Assembly (NCBI GenBank): GCA_964016885.1
Contig: OZ024740.1
Coordinates: 415,710,001-415,774,000, forward strand
DNA: 64,000 nt
Direction of reading: 5' to 3'
Origin: Eledone cirrhosa
Taxonomy: Eukaryota
Part shown: in pieces, positions 13,911 to 29,700 of the stretch
Position numbering within the stretch: the stretch's first letter is position 1
Layout: each line of letters opens with the position of its first letter
The notes under the pieces: generated by a model
The model's input: the letters and a program-made list of their open reading frames with translations, nothing else
Database searches by the model: none
What the model was told of the DNA's origin: nothing
Made by a program: the position numbers and the translations under genes

Positions 13911-15650
13911 GTGTATGGGGGATGACGGTGAATCAGATATAGTGTGTAAGAGAGAACACTGTGGGTATGGACATATGTTGTGTATGGGGGATGACAGTGA
14001 ATCAGATATAGTGCGTAAGAGAGAACACTGTGGGTATGGACATATGTTGTGTATGGTGGTTGACAGTGAATCAGATATAGTGTGTAAGAGAGAACACTGT
14101 GGGTATGGACATATGTTGTGTATGGGGGATGACAGTGAATCAAATATAGTGTGTAAGAGAGAACACTGTGGGTATGGACATATGTTGTGTATGGGGGATG
14201 ACAGTGAATCAGATATAGTGTGTAAGAGAGAAAACTGTGGGTATGGACATATGTTGTGTATGGGGGATGACAGTGAATCAAATATAGTGTGTAAGAGAAA
14301 ACACTGTGGGTATGGACATATGTTGTGTATGGGGGATGACAGTGAATCAGATATAGTGTGTAAGAGAGAACACTGTGGGTATGGACATATGTTGTGTATG
14401 GGGATGACAGTGAATCAAATATAGTGTGTAAGAGAGAACACTGTGGGTATGGACATATGTTGTGTATGGGGGATGACAGTGAATCAGATATAGTGTGTAA
14501 GAGAGAACACTGTGGGTATGGACATATGTTGTGTATGGTGGTTGACAGTGAATCAGATATAGTGTGTAAGAGAGAACACTGTGGGTATGGACATATGTTG
14601 TGTATGGTGGATGACAGTGACTCAGATATAGTGTGTAAGAGAGAACACTGTGGGTATGGACATATGTTGTGTATGGTGGATGACGGTGAATCAGATATAG
14701 TGTGTAAGAGAGAACACTGTGGGTATGAACATATGTTGTGTATGGGGGATGACAGTGAATCAGATATAGTGTGTAAGAGAGAACATTGTGGTTATGGGCA
14801 TATGTTGTGCATGATGGATGACAGTGAATCAGATATAGTGTATAAGAGAGAACACTGTGGGTATGGACATATGTTGTGTATGGGGGATGACAGTGAATCA
14901 GATATAGTGTGTAAGAGAGAACACTGTGGGTATGGACATATGTTGTGTATGGGGGAAGACAGTGAATCAGATATAGAGTGTAAGAGAGAAAACTGTGGGT
15001 ATGGAGATATTTTGTGTATGGGGTATGACAGTGAATCAGATATAGAGTGTAAGAGAGAACACTGTGGGTATGGACATATGTTGTGTATGGGGGATGACAG
15101 TGAATCAGATATAGTGTGTAAGAGAGAACACTGTGGGTATGGACATATGTTGTGTATGGGGGATGACAGTGAATCAGATATAGTGTGTAAGAGAGAACAC
15201 TGAGGGTATGGACATATGTTGTGTATGGGGGATGACAGTGAATCAGATATAGTGTGTAAGAGAGAACACTGAGGGTATGGACATATGTTGTGTATGGGTG
15301 ATGACAGTGAATCAGATATAGAGTGTAAGAGAGAACACTGTGGGTATGGACATATGTTGTGTATGGGGGATGACAGTGAATTAGATATAGTGTGTAAGAG
15401 ATAACACTGTGGGTATGGACATATGTTGTGCATGGTGGATGACAGTGAATCAGATATAGTGTGTAAGAGAGAACACTGTGGGTATGGACATATGTTCTGT
15501 ATGGGGGAAGACAGTGAATCAGATATAGAGTGTAAGAGAGAACACTGTGGGTATGGACATATGTTGTGTATGGGGGAAGACAGTGAATCAGATATAGAGT
15601 GTAAGAGAGAACACTGTGGGTATGGACATATGTTGTGTATGGGGCATGAG

Positions 15651-18600
15651 AGTGAATCAGATATAGTGTGTACGAGAGAACACTGTGGGTATGGACATAT
15701 GTTGTGTATGGGGGAAGACAGTGAATCAGATATAGAGTGTAAGAGAGAACACTGTGGGTATGGACATATGTTGTGTATGGGCGATGACAGTGAATCAGAT
15801 ATAGTGTGTAAGAGAGAACACTGTGGGTATGGACATATGTTGTGTATGGGGGATGACAGTGAATCAGATATAGTGTGTAAGAGAGAACACTGTGCGTATG
15901 GACATATGTTGTGCATGATGGATGACAGTGAATCAGATATAGTGTGTAAGAGAGAACACTGTGGGTATGGACATATGTTGTGTATGGGGGAAGACAGTGA
16001 ATCAGATATAGAGTGTAAGAGAGAACACTGTGGGTATGGACATATGTTGTGTATGGGGGATGACAGTGAATCAGATATAGTGTGTAAGAGAGAACACTGT
16101 GGGTATGGACATATGATGTGTATGGGGGAAGACAGTGAATCAGATATAGTGTGTAAGAGAGAACACTGTGGGTATGGACATATGTTTTGTATGGTGGAAG
16201 ACAGTGAATCAGATATATAGTGTAAGAGAGAACACTGTGGGTATGGACATATGTTGTGTATGGGGGATGACAGTGAATCAGATATAGAGTGTAAGAGAGA
16301 ACACTGTGGGTATGGACATATGTTGTGTATGGGGGATGACAGTGAATCAGATATAGTGTGTAAGAGAGAACACTGAGTGTATGGACATATGTTGTGTATG
16401 GGGGATGACAGTGAATCAGATATAGTGTGTAAGAGAGAACACTGAGGGTATGGACATATGTTGTGTATGGGGGATGAGAGTGAATCAGATATAGAGTGTA
16501 AGAGAGAACACTGTGGGTATGGACATATGTTGTGTATGGGGGATGACAGTGAATCAGATATAGTGTGTAAGAGAGAACACTGTGGGTATGGACATATGTT
16601 GTGCATGGTGGATGACAGTGAATCAGATATAGTGTGTAAGAGAGAACACTGTGGGTATGGACATATGTTGTGTATGTGGGAAGACAGTGAATCAGATATA
16701 GAGTGTAAGAGAGAACACTGTGGGTATGGACATATGTTGTGTATGGGGGAAGAGAGTGAATCAGATATAGAGTGTAAGAGAGAACACTGTGGGTATGGAC
16801 ATATGTTGTGTATGGGGGATGACAGTGAATCAGATATAGTGTGTAAGAGAGAACACTGTGGGTATGGACATATGTTGTGTATGGGGGATGACAGTGAATC
16901 AGATATAGTGTGTAAGAGAGAACACTGTGGGTATGGACATATGTTGTGTATGGGGGATGACAGTGAATCAAATATAGTGTGTAAGAGAGAACACTGTGGG
17001 TATGGACATATGTTGTGTATGGGGGATGACAGTGAATCAGATATAGTGTGTAAGAGAGAACACTGTGGGTATGGACATATGTTGTGTATGGGGGATGACA
17101 GTGAATCAAATATAGTGTGTAAGAGAGAACACTGTGGGTATGGACATATGTTGTGTATGGGGGATGACAGTGAATCAGATATAGTGTGTAAGAGAGAACA
17201 CTGTGGGTATGGACATATGTTGTGTATGGTGGTTGACAGTGAATCAGATATAGTGTGTAAGAGAGAACACTGTGGGTATAGACATATGTTGTGTATGGTG
17301 GATGACAGTGACTCAGATATAGTGTGTAAGAGAGAACACTGTGGGTATGGACATATGTTGTGTATGGGGGAAGACAGTGAATCAGATATAGAGTGTAAGA
17401 GAGAACACTGTGGGTATGGACATATGTTGTGTATGGGGGATGACAGTGAATCAGATACAGTGTGAAAGAGAGAACACTGTGCGTATGGACATATGTTGTG
17501 TATGGGGGAAGACAGTGAATCAGATATAGAGTGTAAGAGAGAACACTGTGGGTATGGACATATGTTGTGTATGGGCGATGACAGTGAATCAGATATAGTG
17601 TGTAAGAGAGAACACTGTGGGTATGGACATATGTTGTGTATGGGGGAAGACAGTGAATCAGATATAGAGTGTAAGAGAGAACACTGTGGGTATGGACATA
17701 TGTTGTGTATGGGCGATGACAGTGAATCAAATATAGTGTGTAAGAGAGAACACTGTGGGTATGGACATATGTTGTGTATGGGCGATGACAGTGAATCAGA
17801 TATAGTGTGTAAGAGAGAACACTGTGGGTATGGACATATGTTGTGTATGAGGGATGACAGTGAATCAGATATAGTGTGTACGAGAGAACACTGTGGGTAT
17901 GGACATATGTTGTGTATGGGGGAAGACAGTGAATCAGATATAGAGTGTAAGAGAGAACACTGTGGGTATGGACATATGTTGTGTATGGGCGATGACAGTG
18001 AATCAGATATAGTGTGTAAGAGAGAACACTGTGGGTATGGACATATGTTGTGTATGGGGGATGACAGTGAATCAGATATAGTGTGTAAGAGAGAACACTG
18101 TGCGTATGGACATATGTTGTGCATGATGGATGACAGTGAATCAGATATAGTGTGTAAGAGAGAACACTGTGGGTATGGACATATGTTGTGTATGGGGGAA
18201 GACAGTGAATCAGATATAGAGTGTAAGAGAGAACACTGTGGGTATGGACATATGTTGTGTATGGGGGATGACAGTGAATCAGATATAGTGTGTAAGAGAG
18301 AACACTGTGGGTATGGACATATGTTGTGTATGGGGGAAGACAGTGAATCAGATATAGTGTGTAAGAGAGAACACTGTGGGTATGGACATATGTTTTGTAT
18401 GGTGGAAGACAGTGAATCAGATATATAGTGTAAGAGAGAACACTGTGGGTATGGACATATGTTGTGTATGGGGGATGACAGTGAATCAGATATAGAGTGT
18501 AAGAGAGAACACTGTGGGTATGGACATATGTTGTGTATGGGGGATGACAGTGAATCAGATATAGTGTGTAAGAGAGAACACTGAGTGTATGGACATATGT

Positions 18601-20056
18601 TGTGTATGGGGGATGACAGTGAATCAGATATAGTGTGTAAGAGAGAACACTGAGGGTATGGACATATGTTGTGTATGGGGGATGAGAGTGAATCAGATAT
18701 AGAGTGTAAGAGAGAACACTGTGGGTATGGACATATGTTGTGTATGGGGGATGACAGTGAATCAGATATAGTGTGTAAGAGAGAACACTGTGGGTATGGA
18801 CATATGTTGTGCATGGTGGATGACAGTGAATCAGATATAGTGTGTAAGAGAGAACACTGTGGGTATGGACATATGTTGTGTATGTGGGAAGACAGTGAAT
18901 CAGATATAGAGTGTAAGAGAGAACACTGTGGGTATGGACATATGTTGTGTATGGGGGAAGAGAGTGAATCAGATATAGAGTGTAAGAGAGAACACTGTGG
19001 GTATGGACATATGTTGTGTATGGGGGATGACAGTGAATCAGATATAGTGTGTAAGAGAGAACACTGTGGGTATGGACATATGTTGTGTATGGGGGATGAC
19101 AGTGAATCAGATATAGTGTGTAAGAGAGAACACTGTGGGTATGGACATATGTTGTGTATGGGGGATGACAGTGAATCAAATATAGTGTGTAAGAGAGAAC
19201 ACTGTGGGTATGGACATATGTTGTGTATGGGGGATGACAGTGAATCAGATATAGTGTGTAAGAGAGAACACTGTGGGTATGGACATATGTTGTGTATGGG
19301 GGATGACAGTGAATCAAATATAGTGTGTAAGAGAGAACACTGTGGGTATGGACATATGTTGTGTATGGGGGATGACAGTGAATCAGATATAGTGTGTAAG
19401 AGAGAACACTGTGGGTATGGACATATGTTGTGTATGGTGGTTGACAGTGAATCAGATATAGTGTGTAAGAGAGAACACTGTGGGTATAGACATATGTTGT
19501 GTATGGTGGATGACAGTGACTCAGATATAGTGTGTAAGAGAGAACACTGTGGGTATGGACATATGTTGTGTATGGGGGAAGACAGTGAATCAGATATAGA
19601 GTGTAAGAGAGAACACTGTGGGTATGGACATATGTTGTGTATGGGGGATGACAGTGAATCAGATACAGTGTGAAAGAGAGAACACTGTGCGTATGGACAT
19701 ATGTTGTGTATGGGGGAAGACAGTGAATCAGATATAGAGTGTAAGAGAGAACACTGTGGGTATGGACATATGTTGTGTATGGGCGATGACAGTGAATCAG
19801 ATATAGTGTGTAAGAGAGAACACTGTGGGTATGGACATATGTTGTGTATGGGGGAAGACAGTGAATCAGATATAGAGTGTAAGAGAGAACACTGTGGGTA
19901 TGGACATATGTTGTGTATGGGCGATGACAGTGAATCAAATATAGTGTGTAAGAGAGAACACTGTGGGTATGGACATATGTTGTGTATGGGCGATGACAGT
20001 GAATCAGATATAGTGTGTAAGAGAGAACACTGTGGGTATGGACATATGTTGTGTAT
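15651..20056. repeat. Tandem duplication of a 32-monomer (2208 bp) block
   Basis: ORFs 16458..17465 and 18666..19673 are identical. TGTACGAG occurs at ~15669 and ~17877, and CACTGAGTG at 16371 and 18579, all at offset 2208 = 32x69. Confidence 0.9.
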
Positions 20057-20799
20057 GGGGGATGACAGTGAATCAGATATAGTGTGTAAGAGAGAACACT
20101 GTGCGTATGGACATATGTTGTGTATGGGGGAAGACAGTGAATCAGATATAGAGTGTAAGATAGAACACCGTGGGTATGGACATATGTTGTGTATGGGGGA
20201 AGACAGTGAATCAGATATAGTGTGTAAGAGAGAACACTGTGGGTATGGACATATGTTGTGTATGGTGGAAGACAGTGAATCAGATATATAGTGTAAGAGA
20301 GAACACTGTGGGTATGGACATATGTTGTGTATGGGGGATGACAGTGAATCAGATATAGAGTGTAAGAGAGAACACTGAGGGTATGGACATATGTTGTGTA
20401 TGGGGGATGACAGTGAATCAGATATAGTGTGTAACAGAGAACACTGAGGGTATGGACATATGTTGTGTATGGGGGATGACAGTGAATCAGATATAGTGTG
20501 TAAGAGAGAACACTGTGGGTATGGACATATGTTGTGCATGGTGGATGACAGTGAATCAGATATAGTGTGTAAGAGAGAGCACTGTGGGTATGGACATACG
20601 TTGTGTATGTGGGAAGACAGTGAATCAGATATAGAGTGTAACAGAGAACACTGTGGGTATGGACATATGTTGTGTATGGGGGAAGAGAGTGAATCAGATA
20701 TAGAGTGTAAGACAGAACACTGTGGGTATGGACATATGTTGTGTATGGGGGATGACGGTGAATCAGATATAGTGTGTAAGAGAGAACACTGTGGGTATG

Positions 20800-23700
20800 G
20801 ACATATGTTGTGTATGGGGGATGACAGTGAATCAGATATAGTGTGTAAGAGAGAACACTGTGGGTATGGACATATGTTGTGTATGGTGGTTGACAGTGAA
20901 TCAGATATAGTGTGTAAGAGAGAACACTGTGGGTATGGACATATGTTGTGTATGGGGGATGACAGTGAATCAAATATAGTGTGTAAGAGAGAACACTGTG
21001 GGTATGGACATATGTTGTGTATGGGGGATGACAGTGAATCAGATATAGTGTGTAAGAGAGAAAACTGTGGGTATGGACATATGTTGTGTATGGGGGATGA
21101 CAGTGAATCAAATATAGTGTGTAAGAGAAAACACTGTGGGTATGGACATATGTTGTGTATGGGGGATGACAGTGAATCAGATATAGTGTGTAAGAGAGAA
21201 CACTGTGGGTATGGACATATGTTGTGTATGGGGATGACAGTGAATCAAATATAGTGTGTAAGAGAGAACACTGTGGGTATGGACATATGTTGTGTATGGG
21301 GGATGACAGTGAATCAGATATAGTGTGTAAGAGAGAACACTGTGGGTATGGACATATGTTGTGTATGGTGGTTGACAGTGAATCAGATATAGTGTGTAAG
21401 AGAGAACACTGTGGGTATGGACATATGTTGTGTATGGTGGATGACAGTGACTCAGATATAGTGTGTAAGAGAGAACACTGTGGGTATGGACATATGTTGT
21501 GTATGGTGGATGACGGTGAATCAGATATAGTGTGTAAGAGAGAACACTGTGGGTATGAACATATGTTGTGTATGGGGGATGACAGTGAATCAGATATAGT
21601 GTGTAAGAGAGAACATTGTGGTTATGGGCATATGTTGTGCATGATGGATGACAGTGAATCAGATATAGTGTATAAGAGAGAACACTGTGGGTATGGACAT
21701 ATGTTGTGTATGGGGGATGACAGTGAATCAGATATAGTGTGTAAGAGAGAACACTGTGGGTATGGACATATGTTTTGTATGGGGGAAGACAGTGAATCAG
21801 ATATAGAGTGTAAGAGAGAACACTGTGGGTATGGACATATGTTGTGTATGGGGGAAGACAGTGAGTCAGATATAGTGTGTAAGAGAGAACACTGTGGGTA
21901 TGGACATATGTTGTGTATGGGGGAAGACAGTGAATCAGATATAGAGTGTAAGAGAGAACACTGTGGGTATGGAGATATTTTGTGTATGGGGTATGACAGT
22001 GAATCGGATATAGAGTGTAAGAGAGAACACTGTGGGTATGGACATATGTTGTGTATGGGGGATGACAGTGAATCAGATATAGTGTGTAAGAGAGAACACT
22101 GTGGGTATGGACATATGTTGTGTATGGGGGATGACAGTGAATCAGATATAGTGTGTAAGAGAGAACACTGAGGGTATGGACATATGTTGTGTATGGGGGA
22201 TGACAGTGAATCAGATATAGTGTGTAAGAGAGAACACTGAGGGTATGGACATATGTTGTGTATGGGTGATGACAGTGAATCAGATATAGAGTGTAAGAGA
22301 GAACACTGTGGGTATGGACATATGTTGTGTATGGGGGATGACAGTGAATCAGATATAGTGTGTAAGAGAGAACACTGTGGGTATGGACATATGTTGTGCA
22401 TGGTGGATGACAGTGAATCAGATATAGTGTGTAAGAGAGAACACTGTGGGTATGGACATATGTTCTGTATGGGGGAAGACAGTGAATCAGATATAGAGTG
22501 TAAGAGAGAACACTGTGGGTATGGACATATGTTGTGTATGGGGGAAGACAGTGAATCAGATATAGAGTGTAAGAGAGAACACTGTGGGTATGGACATATG
22601 TTGTGTATGGGGCAAGAGAGTGAATCAGATATAGTGTGTACGAGAGAACACTGTGGGTATGGACATATGTTGTGTATGGGGGAAGACAGTGAATCAGATA
22701 TAGAGTGTAAGAGAGAACACTGTGGGTATGGACATATGTTGTGTATGGGCGATGACAGTGAATCAGATATAGTGTGTAAGAGAGAACACTGTGGGTATGG
22801 ACATATGTTGTGTATGAGGGATGACAGTGAATCAGATATAGTGTGTAAGAGAGAACACTGTGCGTATGGACATATGTTGTGTATGGGGTATGACAGTGAA
22901 TCAGATATAGAGTGTAAGAGAGAACACTGTGGGTATGGACATATGTTGTGTATGGGGGATGACAGTGAATCAGATATAGTGTGTAAGAGAGAACACTGTG
23001 GGTATGGACATATGTTGTGTATGGGGGATGACAGTGAATCAGATATAGTGTGTAAGAGAGAACACTGTGGGTATGGACATATGTTGTGTATGGGGGATGA
23101 CAGTGAATCAGATATAGTGTGTAAGAGAGAACACTGAGGGTATGGACATATGTTGTGTATGGGGGATGACATTGAATCAGATATAGTGGGTAAGAGAGAA
23201 GACTGAGGGTATGGACATATGTTGTGTATGGGGGATGACAGTGAATCAGATATAGAGTGTAAGAGAGAACACTGTGGGTATGGACATATGTTGTGTATGG
23301 GGGATGACAGTGAATCAGATATAGTGTGTAAGAGAGAACACTGTGGGTATGGACATATGTTGTGCATGGTGGATGACAGTGAATCAGATATAGTGTGTAA
23401 GAGAGAACACTGTGGGTATGGACATATGTTGTGTATGGGGGAAGACAGTGAATCAGATATAGAGTGTAAGAGAGAACACTGGGGGTATGGACATATGTTG
23501 TGTATGGGGGAAGACAGTGAATCAGATATAGAGTGTAAGAGAGAACACTGTGAGTATGGACATATGTTGTGTATGGGGCATGACAGTGAATCAGATATAG
23601 TGTGTAAGAGAGAACACTGTGGGTATGGACATATGTTGTGTATGGGGGATGACAGTGAATCAGATATAGTGTGTAAGAGAGAACACTGTGGGTATGGACA

Positions 23701-26700
23701 TATGTTGTGTATGGTGGTTGACAGTGAATCAGATATAGTGTGTAAGAGAGAACACTGTGGGTATGGACATATGTTGTGTATGGGGGATGACAGTGAATCA
23801 AATATAGTGTGTAAGAGAGAACACTGTGGGTATGGACATATGTTGTGTATGGGGGATGACAGTGAATCAGATATAGTGTGTAAGAGAGAAAACTGTGGGT
23901 ATGGACATATGTTGTGTATGGGGGATGACAGTGAATCAAATATAGTGTGTAAGAGAAAACACTGTGGGTATGGACATATGTTGTGTATGGGGGATGACAG
24001 TGAATCAGATATAGTGTGTAAGAGAGAACACTGTGGGTATGGACATATGTTGTGTATGGGGATGACAGTGAATCAAATATAGTGTGTAAGAGAGAACACT
24101 GTGGGTATGGACATATGTTGTGTATGGGGGATGACAGTGAATCAGATATAGTGTGTAAGAGAGAACACTGTGGGTATGGACATATGTTGTGTATGGTGGT
24201 TGACAGTGAATCAGATATAGTGTGTAAGAGAGAACACTGTGGGTATGGACATATGTTGTGTATGGTGGATGACAGTGACTCAGATATAGTGTGTAAGAGA
24301 GAACACTGTGGGTATGGACATATGTTGTGTATGGTGGATGACGGTGAATCAGATATAGTGTGTAAGAGAGAACACTGTGGGTATGAACATATGTTGTGTA
24401 TGGGGGATGACAGTGAATCAGATATAGTGTGTAAGAGAGAACATTGTGGTTATGGGCATATGTTGTGCATGATGGATGACAGTGAATCAGATATAGTGTA
24501 TAAGAGAGAACACTGTGGGTATGGACATATGTTGTGTATGGGGGATGACAGTGAATCAGATATAGTGTGTAAGAGAGAACACTGTGGGTATGGACATATG
24601 TTGTGTATGGGGGAAGACAGTGAATCAGATATAGAGTGTAAGAGAGAACACTGTGGGTATGGACATATGTTGTGTATGGGGGAAGACAGTGAGTCAGATA
24701 TAGTGTGTAAGAGAGAACACTGTGGGTATGGACATATGTTGTGTATGGGGGAAGACAGTGAATCAGATATAGAGTGTAAGAGAGAACACTGTGGGTATGG
24801 AGATATTTTGTGTATGGGGTATGACAGTGAATCAGATATAGAGTGTAAGAGAGAACACTGTGGGTATGGACATATGTTGTGTATGGGGGATGACAGTGAA
24901 TCAGATATAGTGTGTAAGAGAGAACACTGTGGGTATGGACATATGTTGTGTATGGGGGATGACAGTGAATCAGATATAGTGTGTAAGAGAGAACACTGAG
25001 GGTATGGACATATGTTGTGTATGGGGGATGACAGTGAATCAGATATAGTGTGTAAGAGAGAACACTGAGGGTATGGACATATGTTGTGTATGGGTGATGA
25101 CAGTGAATCAGATATAGAGTGTAAGAGAGAACACTGTGGGTATGGACATATGTTGTGTAAGGGGGATGACAGTGAATCAGATATAGTGTGTAAGAGAGAA
25201 CACTGTGGGTATGGACATATGTTGTGCATGGTGGATGACAGTGAATCAGATATAGTGTGTAAGAGAGAACACTGTGGGTATGGACATATGTTCTGTATGG
25301 GGGAAGACAGTGAATCAGATATAGAGTGTAAGAGAGAACACTGTGGGTATGGACATATGTTGTGTATGGGGGAAGACAGTGAATCAGATATAGAGTGTAA
25401 GAGAGAACACTGTGGGTATGGACATATGTTGTGTATGGGGCATGAGAGTGAATCAGATATAGTGTGTACGAGAGAACACTGTGGGTATGGACATATGTTG
25501 TGTATGGGGGAAGACAGTGAATCAGATATAGAGTGTAAGAGAGAACACTGTGGGTATGGACATATGTTGTGTATGGGCGATGACAGTGAATCAGATATAG
25601 TGTGTAAGAGAGAACACTGTGGGTATGGACATATGTTGTGTATGAGGGATGACAGTGAATCAGATATAGTGTGTAAGAGAGAACACTGTGCGTATGGACA
25701 TATGTTGTGTATGGGGTATGACAGTGAATCAGATATAGAGTGTAAGAGAGAACACTGTGGGTATGGACATATGTTGTGTATGGGGGATGACAGTGAATCA
25801 GATATAGTGTGTAAGAGAGAACACTGTGGGTATGGACATATGTTGTGTATGGGGGATGACAGTGAATCAGATATAGTGTGTAAGAGAGAACACTGTGGGT
25901 ATGGACATATGTTGTGTATGGGGGATGACAGTGAATCAGATATAGTGTGTAAGAGAGAACACTGAGGGTATGGACATATGTTGTGTATGGGGGATGACAT
26001 TGAATCAGATATAGTGGGTAAGAGAGAAGACTGAGGGTATGGACATATGTTGTGTATGGGGGATGACAGTGAATCAGATATAGAGTGTAAGAGAGAACAC
26101 TGTGGGTATGGACATATGTTGTGTATGGGGGATGACAGTGAATCAGATATAGTGTGTAAGAGAGAACACTGTGGGTATGGACATATGTTGTGCATGGTGG
26201 ATGACAGTGAATCAGATATAGTGTGTAAGAGAGAACACTGTGGGTATGGACATATGTTGTGTATGGGGGAAGACAGTGAATCAGATATAGAGTGTAAGAG
26301 AGAACACTGTGGGTATGGACATATGTTGTGTATGGGGGAAGACAGTGAATCAGATATAGAGTGTAAGAGAGAACACTGTGAGTATGGACATATGTTGTGT
26401 ATGGGGCATGACAGTGAATCAGATATAGTGTGTAAGAGAGAACACTGTGGGTATGGACATATGTTGTGTATGGGGGATGACAGTGAATCAGATATAGAGT
26501 GTAAGAGAGAACACTGTGGGTATGGACATATGTTGTGTATGGGGGAAGACAGTGAATCAGATATAGAGTGTAAGAGAGAACACTGTGGGTATGGACATAT
26601 GTTGTGTATGGGGGATGACAGTGAATCAGATATAGTGTGTAAGAGAGAACACTGTGGGTATGGACATATGTTGTGTATGGGGGATGACAGTGAATCAGAT

Positions 26701-29700
26701 ATAGTGTGTAAGAGAGAACACTGTGGGTATGGACATATGTTGTGTATGGGGGATGACAGTGAATCAGATATAGTGTGTAAGAGAGAACACTGAGGGTATG
26801 GACATATGTTGTGTATGGGGGATGACATTGAATCAGATATAGTGGGTAAGAGAGAAGACTGAGGGTATGGACATATGTTGTGTATGGGGGATGACAGTGA
26901 ATCAGATATAGAGTGTAAGAGAGAACACTGTGGGTATGGACATATGTTGTGTATGGGGGATGACAGTGAATCAGATATAGTGTGTAAGAGAGAACACTGT
27001 GGGTATGGACATATGTTGTGCATGGTGGATGACAGTGAATCAGATATAGTGTGTAAGAGAGAACACTGTGGGTATGGACATATGTTGTGTATGGGGGAAG
27101 ACAGTGAATCAGATATAGAGTGTAAGAGAGAACACTGGGGGTATGGACATATGTTGTGTATGGGGGAAGACAGTGAATCAGATATAGAGTGTAAGAGAGA
27201 ACACTGTGAGTATGGACATATGTTGTGTATGGGGCATGACAGTGAATCAGATATAGTGTGTAAGAGAGAACACTGTGGGTATGGACATATGTTGTGTATG
27301 GGGGATGACAGTGAATCAGATATAGTGTGTAAGAGAGAACACTGTGGGTATGGACATATGTTGTGTATGGTGGTTGACAGTGAATCAGATATAGTGTGTA
27401 AGAGAGAACACTGTGGGTATGGACATATGTTGTGTATGGGGGATGACAGTGAATCAAATATAGTGTGTAAGAGAGAACACTGTGGGTATGGACATATGTT
27501 GTGTATGGGGGATGACAGTGAATCAGATATAGTGTGTAAGAGAGAAAACTGTGGGTATGGACATATGTTGTGTATGGGGGATGACAGTGAATCAAATATA
27601 GTGTGTAAGAGAAAACACTGTGGGTATGGACATATGTTGTGTATGGGGGATGACAGTGAATCAGATATAGTGTGTAAGAGAGAACACTGTGGGTATGGAC
27701 ATATGTTGTGTATGGGGATGACAGTGAATCAAATATAGTGTGTAAGAGAGAACACTGTGGGTATGGACATATGTTGTGTATGGGGGATGACAGTGAATCA
27801 GATATAGTGTGTAAGAGAGAACACTGTGGGTATGGACATATGTTGTGTATGGTGGTTGACAGTGAATCAGATATAGTGTGTAAGAGAGAACACTGTGGGT
27901 ATGGACATATGTTGTGTATGGTGGATGACAGTGACTCAGATATAGTGTGTAAGAGAGAACACTGTGGGTATGGACATATGTTGTGTATGGTGGATGACGG
28001 TGAATCAGATATAGTGTGTAAGAGAGAACACTGTGGGTATGAACATATGTTGTGTATGGGGGATGACAGTGAATCAGATATAGTGTGTAAGAGAGAACAT
28101 TGTGGTTATGGGCATATGTTGTGCATGATGGATGACAGTGAATCAGATATAGTGTATAAGAGAGAACACTGTGGGTATGGACATATGTTGTGTATGGGGG
28201 ATGACAGTGAATCAGATATAGTGTGTAAGAGAGAACACTGTGGGTATGGACATATGTTGTGTATGGGGGAAGACAGTGAATCAGATATAGAGTGTAAGAG
28301 AGAACACTGTGGGTATGGACATATGTTGTGTATGGGGGAAGACAGTGAGTCAGATATAGTGTGTAAGAGAGAACACTGTGGGTATGGACATATGTTGTGT
28401 ATGGGGGAAGACAGTGAATCAGATATAGAGTGTAAGAGAGAACACTGTGGGTATGGAGATATTTTGTGTATGGGGTATGACAGTGAATCAGATATAGAGT
28501 GTAAGAGAGAACACTGTGGGTATGGACATATGTTGTGTATGGGGGATGACAGTGAATCAGATATAGTGTGTAAGAGAGAACACTGTGGGTATGGACATAT
28601 GTTGTGTATGGGGGATGACAGTGAATCAGATATAGTGTGTAAGAGAGAACACTGAGGGTATGGACATATGTTGTGTATGGGGGATGACAGTGAATCAGAT
28701 ATAGTGTGTAAGAGAGAACACTGAGGGTATGGACATATGTTGTGTATGGGTGATGACAGTGAATCAGATATAGAGTGTAAGAGAGAACACTGTGGGTATG
28801 GACATATGTTGTGTAAGGGGGATGACAGTGAATCAGATATAGTGTGTAAGAGAGAACACTGTGGGTATGGACATATGTTGTGCATGGTGGATGACAGTGA
28901 ATCAGATATAGTGTGTAAGAGAGAACACTGTGGGTATGGACATATGTTCTGTATGGGGGAAGACAGTGAATCAGATATAGAGTGTAAGAGAGAACACTGT
29001 GGGTATGGACATATGTTGTGTATGGGGGAAGACAGTGAATCAGATATAGAGTGTAAGAGAGAACACTGTGGGTATGGACATATGTTGTGTATGGGGCATG
29101 AGAGTGAATCAGATATAGTGTGTACGAGAGAACACTGTGGGTATGGACATATGTTGTGTATGGGGGAAGACAGTGAATCAGATATAGAGTGTAAGAGAGA
29201 ACACTGTGGGTATGGACATATGTTGTGTATGGGCGATGACAGTGAATCAGATATAGTGTGTAAGAGAGAACACTGTGGGTATGGACATATGTTGTGTATG
29301 AGGGATGACAGTGAATCAGATATAGTGTGTAAGAGAGAACACTGTGCGTATGGACATATGTTGTGTATGGGGTATGACAGTGAATCAGATATAGAGTGTA
29401 AGAGAGAACACTGTGGGTATGGACATATGTTGTGTATGGGGGATGACAGTGAATCAGATATAGTGTGTAAGAGAGAACACTGTGGGTATGGACATATGTT
29501 GTGTATGGGGGATGACAGTGAATCAGATATAGTGTGTAAGAGAGAACACTGTGGGTATGGACATATGTTGTGTATGGGGGATGACAGTGAATCAGATATA
29601 GTGTGTAAGAGAGAACACTGAGGGTATGGACATATGTTGTGTATGGGGGATGACATTGAATCAGATATAGTGGGTAAGAGAGAAGACTGAGGGTATGGAC

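Noticed and set aside
14347-21111. Very long minus-strand ORFs (up to 2254 aa; YTLYLIHCHPPYTTYVHTHSVLS and HNICPYPQCSLLHTISDSLSSPI repeats)
   Set aside because: The consensus has only one minus-strand stop (plus-strand TCA) and a length divisible by 3, so two minus frames are open automatically. The ORFs overlap each other, swap frames at 1-bp indels and have no unique domains.
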